DNA of 64,000 nt. Origin: Gracilinanus agilis. Taxonomy: Eukaryota. The stretch is taken from the NCBI RefSeq assembly GCF_016433145.1, contig NC_058131.1, forward strand, positions 314,393,388 to 314,457,387. Reading direction: 5' to 3'. The translations under genes were made by a program, and so were the position numbers. Of the stretch, positions 26,911-39,961 are shown piece after piece; the stretch's first letter is position 1, and the number at the start of each line of letters is the position of its first letter. The notes beneath the pieces were generated by a model, which saw nothing but the letters and a program-made list of their open reading frames with translations, was not told the DNA's origin and did no database searches.

Positions 26911-28327
26911 GATGCAGGTCTGGCAAAAGGCAGGGACAAACCCTAGAGGGGTGGTGTTCAGTCTGGGCACAGGCTGGCCTCTGAGGCTCCCTTTAAATCC
27001 AATTCTGTAATGCTTTATTCTCACTTCTCTGGACTGTGCCACTGCTGCTTCAGTCATGTTTTCTCTTCACTGTTCCCTGAACATGTCATGATCGATGCTA
27101 TCTCCATGTCTTGGTTCAGGCTCTTTTCTCATATAATTCCTCCCCAACAAACCAAATTCTACACATCCTTCAAGGTTGGCTCAAGTTCCACTTCTTCAAT
27201 CAATCCTTCCCTGACAAATTCCACTCCATAAGGAACTCTTTTCTCCAATTTATTATATACCTACAATTTGTACCACATCTTTATACCTATTCATGTTACA
27301 TGAGACATACTATGGAGGGAATGATACACCTCATTTTACTAACTAGATTATAAGCTCCCTGAGGACAAAGGTCAGATCTTGCATTTCTTCTGTGTTTCCT
27401 CCAGCACCCAGCATACTATCTGATACACACAAAGCATTTCAGAAATATTTGATGAATTGGACCCAGAAAACCCTTAGTAAATACACATTTCTGACAGATT
27501 CCTTACATACTACAATCTGTCAAGAAGAAAGTTTGCTTCACAAAGCCTTTTAAATGTGTGGCAATAATAAACTGTATTGAAATAACTCATATTTTAAATT
27601 TTAAAATAAGAGGGAGTATCTAATATTCTCAAAATAATTGCTTACCAATACAATTGAGAAACATACTTTCCTAAATCTTTATCCATGTTTTTTATGCATT
27701 ACAAAGTCTCACTTAAATCTGTCTATGAAATACTAGTGACTGCTGGATAAATATATTATTTTCTTCTTTTAACATGTAAAATGCTGATTTAAAAATCGTC
27801 CAACAAAACATCAACAACTTGGTGGAAAATTTATACATATTTTCACTGTAGAAGTCTATAATCAACATATTTATCCTGTTTTAACCAATGCTTTTTTTTG
27901 TTTGTTTCAGAAAAACACCCATATTTTAACCTTAGCAACAAACTGAAGCACTTTATTAACAATATAGTATGGAAATTAAATCTTTCTCTTTCAATCAAAA
28001 ATTATTTTATCCAGAGTTATTTCAGTTGCTACCTACTTTTCAAAATCTGTCATGAAAAATATTAAAACGCAATCTCTCTCTTTATATTTTTTTTTAACAA
28101 ATCAACAGAGATGTGAGGTTAAAAGTGTATAACAAAAGAAAAAGATTAAGATGATGTAATTGTCAAAGCCGCTTGAGCACTCTGATTTTTCCCAAACCGA
28201 TCCAATCCTCATACTATGCCCATGGTATTACAGAATTAGAAAATATGTACGAACAAAATCTGATAAGCTTGGTGATTTTAACAAAATGTAAAACAATCTG
28301 TTAGCATTGAATAGGCTATAAACTTAC

Positions 28328-28471
28328 CAGCTCCACAGATCCATAATGTTTTCTACTGAATTCCCCTCGTCGGCAACCTAGGTCTTCTGAGACGGAGCTG
28401 GAACAAAAATGCTTCATCAGTATTATACATAGCTCTCTGGCCACAAATCTTCTGCAAAAATCTACCACCAT
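28328..28471 (-). CDS. GARNL3: GARNL3 internal first coding exon (144 nt): MVVDFCRRFVARELCIILMKHFCSSSVSEDLGCRRGEFSRKHYGSVEL
   Basis: ATG at 28471, donor ctg|gtaagt at 28328, phase 0. Near-identical to the recalled human N-terminus. An internal acceptor ttgttccag| gives a 70-nt form (28328-28397). Confidence 0.97.
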
Positions 28472-28487
28472 TTGCAAAAAAGAGCTC

Positions 28488-28653
28488 CTACTGAACAAGG
28501 TTTGAGCTCATCACTGCAGGGGAGCCTCCTTGCAACACACACAATCTCCAGCAGCCATTGCAGAGACTGGCTTTCATGTTAGCCTCAAAGAAAATAAAAT
28601 GCTGAAGCCATCCCTGGAAGGGCAGACAATGAGGAAATTAAATATTTAGCCAT
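28488..28653 (-). other. uORF cluster in the putative 5' leader of the MVVDF isoform
   Basis: 28585-28653 MAKYLISSLSALPGMASAFYFL*; 28488-28577 MKASLCNGCWRLCVLQGGSPAVMSSNLVQ*; 28511-28558 MAAGDCVCCKEAPLQ*. The TSS is not determinable from sequence. Confidence 0.55.
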
Positions 28654-29683
28654 TTGCGATCGATTGAGATTTCCAAGACGGCTACTGGTGGTTTATAATT
28701 GCATTTGAGAGCTTTCTGTTTATAAGCAAAGGGAAAAGAAATCCTGCAGTAACCCTGATGCATGTCATGAAACAGCTGAAGCAAATCTGCAACCATTTTG
28801 TATGCTGCAATTAACTTCCATTCAGGAGAGTCTCTTCTAATTGTCTCAAATATTAAACAAATAAAGGAACATATTATTTTACTGCTACATTTAAACTCAA
28901 AACAAAACACCTTCAAAAACCACTGTAGATAGGCCCATCTCCTTTAATTTAAGAGATCAGTGTCATAGCACAAAGGATTAACAGAAAATCTAATATTCAA
29001 TTTGGGGGTCTATGAGGGAGAGTTTCTTACAAAGCAGAAATTAGTATCCTCCAAATACAAATAAAAGCTTTAGCTCAGATAAGACAAATCACAAGCATTC
29101 CATTTAAGAATAAGTTAAAACAAAAAGCTAAACAGTAAAAAATATCTTTATACCTTGGGCACAAAAGGCATTTATTCTATTTCTTGTTATATCTACAATC
29201 CCAATCAGACCCCATGAAATGAGCTGAGATATGCGAACATAAACCATGCAATTTTATTTTAAGGACTTTCCCATTTAAATCTAAAATCAGAGAATTAATT
29301 AGTTAGAATGAATTACAAAAATAAAATGTAACAATAAAATGGCATTTTAACATAAAATCTAAAATATCCTGAATCTGATAAAGAAAGAAAAGTGCATTTA
29401 GTACCCTTTCATCCTTTCTTAAAGAGCAGGCTAGGTTTTCTAAATTACTGCCCTTTTGCCATTTTCAGGAAGAAAGCGACTGAGATGTTCATCACACATT
29501 GAACTGGATCTCTTGGCCAGCACACTGCTTGATGGGCTCCAAGAAAGTCAGCGTGATAGAAATAAGATTAGAGAGTCTGATGGCATTCTGCTGCCACCAT
29601 TTCACAGGGCTGGCTGAACTCATCTTGGATGAGAAATTTAACCTTTTCACTCCCTCACTTCCTGTACTGAAGGTGCTATAGGA

Positions 29684-29695
29684 GCCATCTAGCAG
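29684..29695 (-). promoter_or_regulatory. Candidate CTCF motif
   Basis: Minus strand ctgctagatggc matches 11/12 of CCRCYAGRKGGC. Confidence 0.3.
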
Positions 29696-32274
29696 AGGTT
29701 ACTCAGGCAATCTTTCTACATCCAGAGACAACAAAAGAGAGGAGGAAACCTCCCTCTGCCACCTCTCTCAAACACTTTCTATGTGGGAGTTTCTACTGCT
29801 CTACAAGTCCAAACCAGACACCTTGGGCTGTCCTGAATTTTACCACTACCTCCTTCTGTCATGCCTGACTTTCAATTTTCAAATCCTTAAAGGCACTCTT
29901 CTTTTTCCTCTTAAGTATTTTTCTTTTACCTGTCCTCTAATTTTTATTGAGGCTAAAGTGGAGCACTTGGCATTGTCATGAAATCTAATTCCTTGTTCAT
30001 ACTATAGATCACATCTCTCTGCCTGTCTCCTTCAGAATCTTCACTAGTGAGAAGACTCTGTTGACTCAACTACTTATTACTTTTGAGTCTTGTTCTGTTC
30101 TATACTATCAGTATTTCATGATCTGTGAGCTAGAAGGAGCTTAGAGATTATAAAACCAGACATCTATCTTCATTTTAAAAATGAGGAAACCAAGGCCTAG
30201 AGAGGTCAAGTGACTTGTCTGAAGTCAAACAGGCAATAGTCAGTTTTGGATCTAGGTTGTCCAGCTCCAATTCCATTACATCATGCTGTATGTATTTCTA
30301 TTAACCTATCTGGGACTCAATTTCTTCATATGCAAAATGGAAGTGCCAGACTACGTCCCTAGTCTCCAAAGTCATAGTTTCTCAAGAAGGGGACCATGGA
30401 CTGACCCTAAGCAGTGCATGATCAATCACAAGGTGGGAAGATGGGCTGCATCTTAACCTCTTCATGAAAGCCAGATATGTGTTTTGTTTCCAACTCAAAC
30501 ACACCCTTATCTTCTAACACTACCTCCCATAGTCCCCTCCCTCCATTCTTTAAGGTCCTAACCTCTCCTCTTGGTCAACCTGTGCTGACCCTACCCAGGC
30601 ACTCATAAGATCAGGTGGCCAGATAACACTGGGGAAATATTCCCTTTAACCACTCAAAGCCTGCCCTAAGCCTCATAGATCACCTTGGCTAAAGGTGGCT
30701 AAAAGGAATCCTTAGGAGGGGTGGTTTTGTGGTTCAGTAAGGAAGAGTCAATCTTACCTCCGTCTTTTCATTCTGGACAGGGTGCAGTCATTTAAAAAGG
30801 CATGTGTTGAAGGCAAAATACACTGCAGATATTATTATGTCATCTTTCCTCCAAGACCCCCTGATTCTCTGAACTTCCCTATTTCTATTAAGAGTAACGC
30901 CAACCTTCCAGTCACCTAGATTGGAATCATTGGTGCAGCCTAGGTGTTAGCTTTGACTTTTCACTCCCCTTCACCTTACATATCCAATCAGTTGCCTTAC
31001 CTCGTTATTTTTGCTTCAACAACTTCTCTCTCCTCTGTCCTGTCTCTATTCACACGGCCATAACTCTACTTCTGGCCTTTATCACCTCTGCCTGGACCAC
31101 TGCAACACATTCCTAATTGGTCTCTTTGCCTTAAGTCTCTCCTCATTCCAGTCCATCCTTCACAAAGCTGCCAAGTGATCTGCCTACAATTCAGTCTGAT
31201 CATGTCACTTCCATACTCAATAAAATCCCGTGGCTTCCTATTGCCTTTAGTATCAAATATTATTTCATCTTTATCTCATAACTTTTAAAAAATTCTATTT
31301 TGTTTAAGTTTTGTAAAAGTACATAATGGTTAGTAGTACAGTGGGACATAAATGTCATTCATAAATAAGTAAATGTTCATATAATGGAGATGCTGGCAAT
31401 TTTTTTTTTTTTTACCGATGGAAGTATGTAATCAGAAAGTTTGGAAACATTGACTAAACTGATTTCTAAGTTCTTTTCAGGCCCAACATCCTATGATCTT
31501 ATTAATTTTGTCATAAATGTCTTTAATCAGGGGGCAAATTACACAGGATGTTAGATAAAGTAGGAGACAGAGGAAGAGTTATGATGTGAAATATAATTAA
31601 ATGCTAACTAAAAGAATTTTGAACAAACCAGAAAACATAACCCCACCCTACCCCCCAAGATCTTTTTTTGAATCTTAAAGCACAGAGAAGAAGGATAGAA
31701 AGGGAAAGGACTGGGTTAGGTTAAGGGAATCTGGGCAAGAAGTATACTTTTGCTAGGACAAATGTGAAATTCTGAAGAGACTTGCTAATGAATCTAAGCT
31801 AGGAAAGGTTAGGTCCTGGAAAAAGTTGGCTACAAGGAACTCAGATTTCTCTCCTCCAACCAGTCCCAAGAAAAGTCCTTGAACACCCATGGTTGAAATA
31901 GTCCCTCCCAGCCTTTCCCAGATGAATAAGATGTGATAGAACATTTAACTGATTTCCCAGCTCCGCTCTTTTTTATTATAAACTAAGCTCTGAGTTTCTG
32001 AGGGTTAAGAAAGCATTCCACAATTATCTTAATTAAAATGTAAAGGCAGGTTGAAAGGAAATACAGAAATTCATCCATAGGAAAGTATAATTAGTGGGCC
32101 AATCCAAAATGTTAGCCTGCACAGAGCTGAAGAAAACAGGAGAGATTAAGAAAGATAGATGCTAGAGAGGAAAGCTGTGCTCAGATTTTGAAGACTGATC
32201 TCATTGCTATGAAAGTGGGCGTTTGCTCTACTGGCACAGATAGTTTGCCTTCTGCATGTCTCATCCTTGCTCTT

Positions 32275-32570
32275 CCATAAGTCCTCCAAAGGGGAAGATG
32301 AAATAAGCCTTTATTATGCAACTCTTATATGCCAGGCACTTTGTTAAATACTTTACAAATATTATCTGATTTGATCCTCTCAACAATTCCACAAGATAGG
32401 AGCTATAATTATCTCTATTTTACACTTATGGAAACTGAGACAAACAGAGGCTAACTGATTTGCCCAGGGTCACATAGATAATTAGTGTCTTAGACTGAAT
32501 TTGAACTTAGGTCTTTCATGACTCCAGACTCAGCATTCTGTCTTAACTGGCTGCCTAAGAGGATCCACTT
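32275..32570 (-). mobile_element. MIR/MAR1-type SINE
   Basis: tatgccaggcactttg...ttgatcctctcaacaa...gaaactgagacaaacagagg...tttgaacttaggtc. Confidence 0.8.
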
Positions 32571-33399
32571 AATGCTAGAGTCTTTCCATCAGTTTTTTTT
32601 TAATATCTCAAAAAATGCCCATTCAACTCTCAGACTGGCCATCTCCTGTCAGTCATCCTCGTGGTGTAGACATGTCACTGAGCTCCAGAAGTCTATGCTT
32701 AGTGAAACACCAGTCCTGGCAAATTCTGAGAAGCAGGAAAGATTTCTAGTATTGGCTGGCAGACAGAATCATGTCTCACCACTAGAACTGCCCGCTAGAT
32801 GATTTTTTTTCCTTTGCCACCACAATGATTCAGTGCCAGGAGATACAAAGCTCTACTTTGCCTGATTTCGAAGCTTTTATTTGTAACATACTTTGGAATA
32901 AAGAAGCTTCCTTCCCAGATGATCTGTTTAAGTATCGTACCTTCTTTGGTCATGTGTACTGTCACTTCCTAATTTATCTGTGGAACTGTTTATTTAGCAC
33001 CTGATTTATCTCAAGAATTTGTTGACTACATGACCTGCACTGTAAGTTGAGCTTGTTATATAATGGGCTGTAGCAAAGCTAGGCACTGGGCCAACCTGAC
33101 TCACAGGTGGAGAGGATATCTCTTCCACCTGCTATGTGATGTGAAACCTGCTGCTACTAGGCTCCACCTGTCTTAAACCATACTCCACACTGGCTTTTAT
33201 GGGTGTTACTTTCTCTTGACACTGGCCTCAATTTCCAACCATAACTATTACTTAGGGAAGATGATTATGGAAAATGGAAACTATTAGCTGGGAGAGCTTG
33301 AAGCTTCATCTCATTGGAACATAAGCACAGATAAGTTTATCAGATTAGGGTAAAGCAGAGAAGGTCTGGCCCTGAAAGGATAAGATATAGGACTGTCTG

Positions 33400-33920
33400 G
33401 GAAGTCTCAAGGAATATAGTGCCATAAATCCCCTCAGCAGCTGGTGCAGTATCAGGGCAGCATAGGGCCAGAAGCTGATTGAGCTCTGAGATTCAGTGGG
33501 GTATCACTTAAAGCCCTTCATACTCTGGCTTCAACTGATCATTCCAGACTTATTGAACATTATTTTCCCTTGGGCACTTTTGATTCCAGTCCAATTGTCC
33601 TACTTGCTGTTCTTGGTAGATGACAGTCTGTCTCCCTTCAGGCTCTGTGACTTTCCACAGGGTGTTACCATGCCTGGAATACTCTCCCTCCTCACTGCCA
33701 CCTCTTGGCACCTAAGACTCAGCTCAAGTGTCACCTTCTGAAAGAGTCCTTTCCTGATTATCCTCTCTCTCCATTCTCTGTGCTCCTTCCCACTTGAAAT
33801 TATATTGTATGTATTTTATGTTTACTTATTTGTGTGTTTTTTTCCCTCTAGTAGAATCTAAGCTCCTGAGAGCAGGTGATATTCTTATTTTTGTCTCTGC
33901 ATACCAGTAGTTGCTTAGTA
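33400..33920 (+). mobile_element. L2 3' region
   Basis: tgcctggaatactctccctcc...ctcagctcaagtgtcaccttc...aagctcctgagagcagg. Confidence 0.75.
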
Positions 33921-34149
33921 AGTGGTTTTTGAACTGAAGATGATAACTCAAGTTTCTGTGGCATTAAGCCACAAAGCACCCTTCTCACCCCAGTCCAGAG
34001 AGGGAAAGTTGCTTTTGCACAGGCTGAGCAGGAATTTAACCTCAGGTCCTCTGACTTCCAAATCAGTATTTTTTCTATTACACTATGCTATTTCATATAA
34101 CAGAATTCCTATAATTAATATAATCTGCTATCAAATCTAAAAAAATACC

Positions 34150-34760
34150 TCCAATTCCATTAGGTTCAACAAATATTTATTAACTGTCTAAATGTGCCAG
34201 GCACAAAGTTAGGGGCAAGGGATCTAATGACAAAACTGAAGCAGTCCCTGCTTTGATATGAAACATGCAAAAAAAATTAGTAAATAGATACATAGATGTG
34301 GGAATTATTAGAATAGAGGGGAGTTGATCCCATAGAAGTTAATGGATTCACCAAGAAAAACTGTAGTGAGAGAAGAGGGCCTAGGATAGAGCCCACACAT
34401 AGTGGATGGGACATAGCAGATGATCCAGCAAAGGAAACCAAGAAGGATAAGCCAGACTGGTGGGAGGATACTAGGTCCAAGTGAAAGGTTGGAGTTTTTT
34501 CATATAAAGGAGATCTGGGTACATTTATAGGCAGCAAAAGAATGAACTGATAAAGAAGACTGAACACGATGGAGGAAAGGAGCATGATCTAAGCGGCAAA
34601 TTTATGGTAGACACAGGAGGGGATGAGATCAAAAATGTGTAAAGAGATTGGTGATGGCCAATGGAAAAATCACTTCTTAGCCACTTCTTCCCCTCAAATC
34701 TGGAGTAAAGGAAGAGATAATAGTGATGATATTGAAGGGGTATGTAATGTGAAAATGAAG
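34150..34760 (-). mobile_element. L2 LINE
   Basis: ttcaacaaatatttattaactg...tgtgccaggcac...gaagagggcctaggatagagccc. Confidence 0.8.
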
Positions 34761-34986
34761 CTCTGCTCAGTTTACAATACCACTCCACTGCACAGCATGC
34801 TGCTATATTGGGTACAGCTCTCCCTAAACCCCACTTTTCAGCTTCCTTTTGTGTTTTGTCTTCATCCTTGAGTGCAACAATTGCTTTTCTTTTTTTTTTT
34901 TTGCTTGTGTTCCTAGTACTTAATACAGTGCCTGGCACATAGTAGATGCTTAATAAGTATCAAGTGAATTGAAACTGAATTGAATT

Positions 34987-35206
34987 CACATGGGTTGATG
35001 TGGACATGGTTGGGGATGTAGACACCAAATGACCACACCAATGCAACTATCAATAATATGTAAATAAGTCTTGATTGATGACATATGTTAAAACCAGTGG
35101 AAATGCATGTTGGCTATGGGGGTGTGTGAAGGGGAAAGTAAAAACATGAATCATATAACCATGGAAAATTTTTCTAAAAAAATAAAATATTTAAATCTTA
35201 AAAAAC
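34987..35206 (+). mobile_element. 5'-truncated L1 3' end with 13-bp TSD
   Basis: TSD actgaattgaatt at 34974-34986 and 35207-35219. Inserted in an L2 (TGAAT)n tail. Confidence 0.9.
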
Positions 35207-36060
35207 ACTGAATTGAATTAAAACAGAAATGGGGAGAAAGAACTTATGATGGACAGCCTTAATTTTATCAGTAAAGTCTTAGATAAGGTCTTTTGCTGAG
35301 AAGGTGGGGTAAAAGATAATGTTGGCAGTTGGAGAAGTGAAGGTTTTGAACACTGTTCACATACAATAATCACTGCAGGTCTCCTGAACCAAGGTCTTCT
35401 GTCTTTTCTACTCTACCAAGATGCCTTACAAAAAGCTAACTCCTATTTATAAGATATGTTAAATCTGTTCTTTATAACAAACAATGGTTAGTGAAAGTAT
35501 TATTACCTCCATTTTAAAGGTGAAGAAAATTGAGGCTCAGAAAAGCTGGACTTGGGAGAGTCATTCAACTGGTAAATGCTTGAGCCAGCACTAGAATTCA
35601 CTTCTTCTCCATCTTAATGGAAGAGATCTCCCATTATATCAAACTAACACTACTTACCCTTGGAACAGTTCCAAAAACCCTTTTTCAAGAGGTTAATAGG
35701 ATACTAATAACATAAGACAATGAAGTCCTATGGGGCTTACCAAAGCGAATACATTTTGCAAGCAATACCAAAGAGTCAATATAAGTTGCCTATTCACTGA
35801 TAAAGGTGTTTTTTTTTTTACCTCTGTTTAAGGATTTGTATTTTTCAGCAATTCTTCAGGACTTCAAGGATTTGTCCATGTGGGTACTCTTTTCACATCT
35901 TAAGAGTGGGTTTTATTACTTGCTGTGTCTCCCCAAAATTCATCAGTTGGTGATCAATCCTCTTGTGAGGAAGTGCTTTTTATTAAAAAGAAAAAAATAT
36001 ATTTTTTCTGAAATGAAGGAATTGTGCTAATTGATGCTATCATACCAAATAAATATCCAC

Positions 36061-36114
36061 ACAAAATAAGTATAAAATCCTGAACTTACAAAATAAGTAT
36101 AAAATCCTGAACTT
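36061..36114 (+). repeat. Perfect 27-bp tandem duplication
   Basis: acaaaataagtataaaatcctgaactt occurs twice in tandem. Confidence 0.95.
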
Positions 36115-37628
36115 AGATAAAGTGAAAAACCTCAGTAAGTAATTCAGAATTTTTTTTATCACTCCTGTAAACTTACTCTAAATAATCTCTATCTTTAATT
36201 TTAATCGTGGTGTCCTTTTATGTTCTGATAGCAGTCACTGATGTTTTATTCAATTCAGTCTTGCCAATATTCTCTCTATTATTTCCATTTAACATATGAG
36301 GAATCTAGGACTCAGAGAAATTTTGATTTACTTAAGGTCTAATGATAGATCTTAACCATCACTGTGTGCCATTTATCTGGCCAACTTCAGCTCTAAAAAA
36401 CAGTATGTATAAGTGAAGGAGACAGGCACAAGATCCCTAACAGCAAAGAAGGTCTTTTATCTCATCAAGAGAAGTCACAGAAAATGAGGGACACACAGGA
36501 AGAAGAAATGTTCTACTTAGTAGAATTCACTTTATGGAAATGTTAATTAGCACTGCAGTTCAAGCTATCAGCACCATGGCTAGAGGTAGCAAATGCTGTA
36601 GTCAGCTCAATGACTTGGGGAAAGCAGGCTTACCCTGGACATTAAAAGAGGGTGGGTGGCTGCTAGTACTGGTAGAATTACCTAAGCTTGTCAATTTTAA
36701 AATTTACAGGTGATTTGGTGTAAGCAAGAATAAAACCTAGATGAAAATATAAGGGTGTAGGGAAGAGTATTACTGCACTGATTGAATTTCCAGAGGAAAA
36801 ATTTTCCTGAAATAGTGTCTCTGGGTCTCTTGCCCTAATATGTCAATTAGTATAGAAGTAGCTGGGAGAAAAAAGTCTCTGTGTCCCTGGCAACATCCCA
36901 AGATAGCAAAGTGTGGGAAGCCAATAAGAGAAACAGAGTCTCAAATGGATAAAAATCTGAGACTCCTCTTTTGACCCCTTTTGTGATCCTTGTGATTTTT
37001 TGTTGAAAAGTATTGTGGCCTTATTGAAAAGCTTTAAATTCCTAGCAAACCAGAAGTTAAGAGGTTAACATTCTTCCCCTTTGGTCAGAAATGCAGCCAA
37101 CGCCTAAACCTTAGTTTAGCAGGGTCATTTTGCCCTGGAGAAAAGCATTCTCAGACTTAGCAGGTGAAGGTCCAGCTTGGTTCTTATCTTCACCTTGAAG
37201 CTTCTAAGCCTATTGTATTGTCTATGTTAAAAATGCAGCTCTACGAAGCTGTGGGAAACTTTCCTTGTGCTTTTGGGTGAAAGGGAGTTTGAATTTTCAT
37301 ATATAATAAACTTGCAACTCAATGGCACTTGGGAGAAGCAGCTATGAGTTAATAGTTAAGATTGTCTCTCTAGTTCCATTACTTCCTTATCAACTAAGAT
37401 GATAAATAGATTTCGACAGCAAAGGGTCAATGATTCAGTAAGAAGTGAGTCTGTGATGAGAAGGCAATTCTAGAGACAACTCTAGCTGTACATATAAGAC
37501 TACATTTTTTTCTAAGACTGCCCCATACTCCATCATCCCAAGCATGTGTTTGAAAGTACAAGTGTAACAGGTGAATCCTGAGCTGGACTTGTAATACACT
37601 TAACTTTTTAAAGCAAAGCAAACAGGTA

Positions 37629-38360
37629 GACTTCCAGGGGCGAAGCCATGATGGCAAAGTAAACCAGAACAGCTCCATGTCACCACAAGAATACTCTCTG
37701 ACCAAGATTAAAATGTCACTACAAAACAAATACAGGGGTGAAAGAACCAACAGGGAGAAATTATATAACATAAAGAGGCATGAAAAATCTTTATAGAGAG
37801 GGGAGGATAAGGGTGGTGACAGGCAATGATTAAACTTTATTTTCATTGTAACTGGCTCAGAGAGGGAAAAACAAGTATACTCAGTGGGGTATAGAATTCT
37901 ATCTTACTGTACAGAGGAATAGAAAGGGAATAAAACAAAGGAAAGGGAAGGTATTTGGAGGGAGGGGGAATAGAGGGGTGACAAAGCAAAATACTGGTGA
38001 GGAGGAACCGAGTGAAAGGGAATAGAGCAGGATCTAAAGGGGATAATATGATGGAGAGAAATACACAGTTAGTAATCATAATGAATGTGAATGGGATGAA
38101 CTCACCCATAAAATGGAAGCGGACAGCAGAGTGGATTAAAAACCGAAATCCTACAATATGCTATTTACAAGAAACACATATGAGGCAGGGTGAAACACAC
38201 AGATTAAAGGTAAAAGGCTGGGGCAGAATTTATTATGCATCATCTAAAGTAAAAAAAAAAGCAGGAGTAGTAATCACGATACAAGACAAAGTTAAAGTAA
38301 AAATTGATCTGATTAAAAGAGATAAGGAAGGAAATTACATTTTGCTAATGGGTACTAAAA
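37629..38360 (+). mobile_element. Internally deleted L1: 5'UTR start, then inter-ORF spacer and ORF2 endonuclease N-terminus
   Basis: gacttccaggggcgaagccatgatggc resembles an L1 5' end. The ORF reads NVNGMNSPIKWKRTAEWIKNRNPTICYLQETH...IKRDKEGNYIL (L1 APE domain). Confidence 0.85.
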
Positions 38361-39961
38361 ACAAGGCAAATAATAAAAGGGTGACCAGGCCCAAATATGC
38401 TGCATTTGGGTGACTGGGAGAAATGACCCAGGCTACTTTTTGAATGATTTCTGAGTTTTAAAAACCTATTCCATCCCTCTATTCTAACCCCTTCATACTA
38501 TTTCCTATAATCATTCTGAAATATGACCCAAAAATGTTGAATCCAATTTGTCCATAATAATAAAGTTAGTTAACTGGGGGAGCCAGGATTCCACTCCAGC
38601 TATCCTGACTTCAAGTCCAATGCTCTTTCCATTCCACCATGATGCTTCAGCATTCTGTCTATTTATAAGAGCCCTCCACAGGATGAATGAGAATTATTGA
38701 TTAAATTATATTTATTCTGAAACAAAGCATTAATCTTCCATTAAAGCAATGTTTGCCACAGAGCATAAACTCTGGCATGTCCCATATCAAGCTGGAAAAG
38801 CTTCAAATAAGAGACAGATACTGTTATCTGATAATTAGCCTAGCTCCATTTGGAGAGGTTCAACAATATAAAATGATCAATTGTTTGATCACAGCATCTT
38901 AAGACTGTCTGCCCAGTTGAAATCTGCCTCAGGGGAAGGAAGACTCAGACCAAATAAATAACATATTCTTCAACGTGCAAAATCAAATATTAATAGTTGG
39001 AAGAACAGCTGTCATGATGAAATGTCTTGTGAAGTAGTTGCTCTTCTGAAGCAATATGAATGAGGTATGACTTTGGAAATATTTTAGAACAAAAGTAAAG
39101 AACAACATGCAAACCCTCTAGAGAGGACTATGGAACAAGTGAACTCCACAGATAGCCAGGAGTGACTGATATACCAGAGGTAAATTTATAGAAAAAGATG
39201 CCAGGAAGGTTAAGTAACAAGGATTGTGGACATCAGTAGTTGGCTCAACTGACAGAAAATCTTACAGGTTCATAAATAGTCAACAATGAGGGCAAAAACT
39301 TAACCAGATGAACTAGTAAATGGTCTGACGACTTAGCAAAGGTGTAAATAAAATCAACAGGGAATCAATGGTTCTAGAGTTTAATGGATCTGGACAAAAA
39401 TCTTAAGGAATGATGGCGGATTCAAACACTGGTATATGCCAGATGCTTTTAAGGTTACACTATGTTCTTGAGAGATTTCCTAAAAGTTTATCACACCCTA
39501 AACAAAAATATAGACCTCTAAGAAAATCAGGGAGGCAAATATTTCCTAAACAGAAGCAAGAATTAATTTTAGGTAGAGTTGATAAGAAAACATCATGCAA
39601 ACTTCCAATCCCTACAAAAGATTTGTAAAAACAAATTATACTAAAATTAACTTAGACTCACCAAGAGTGTTCAAATTATTTGAAATTACAATATAAAAAT
39701 CATAATTTAAAAGCTCAAAGTTCATCAATAATCAGTATTTACAGAATGTTCACAGAATGTTAACATATGAAGAGGTACTGCAGAAATTATCTAATCCAAT
39801 TCACTTACTTTTTAATAGGGACACCAAGGATGAGAGAGGAAAAATTACTTTGCAAACCTTAAAGTATTATACAAATATGAGCTACTTCTACCCTTACCTA
39901 TAGTCCTAATGTTTCCTTGGTCAGTTGAGGTGATATATGTGACTGAGAAAAGGCAGAAGAT

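Larger units (their letters stand above)
25785..27268 (+). repeat. Perfect 36-bp direct repeat (25785-25820 and 27233-27268)
   Basis: gaactcttttctccaatttattatatacctacaatt is identical in both copies. Confidence 0.95.

Noticed and set aside
35650-35745. Two strong minus-strand donors (agg|gtaagt, ttg|gtaagc)
   Set aside because: No convincing upstream acceptor or frame.
37997-38413. 138-aa ORF as a host gene
   Set aside because: It is a truncated L1 ORF2 endonuclease fragment.
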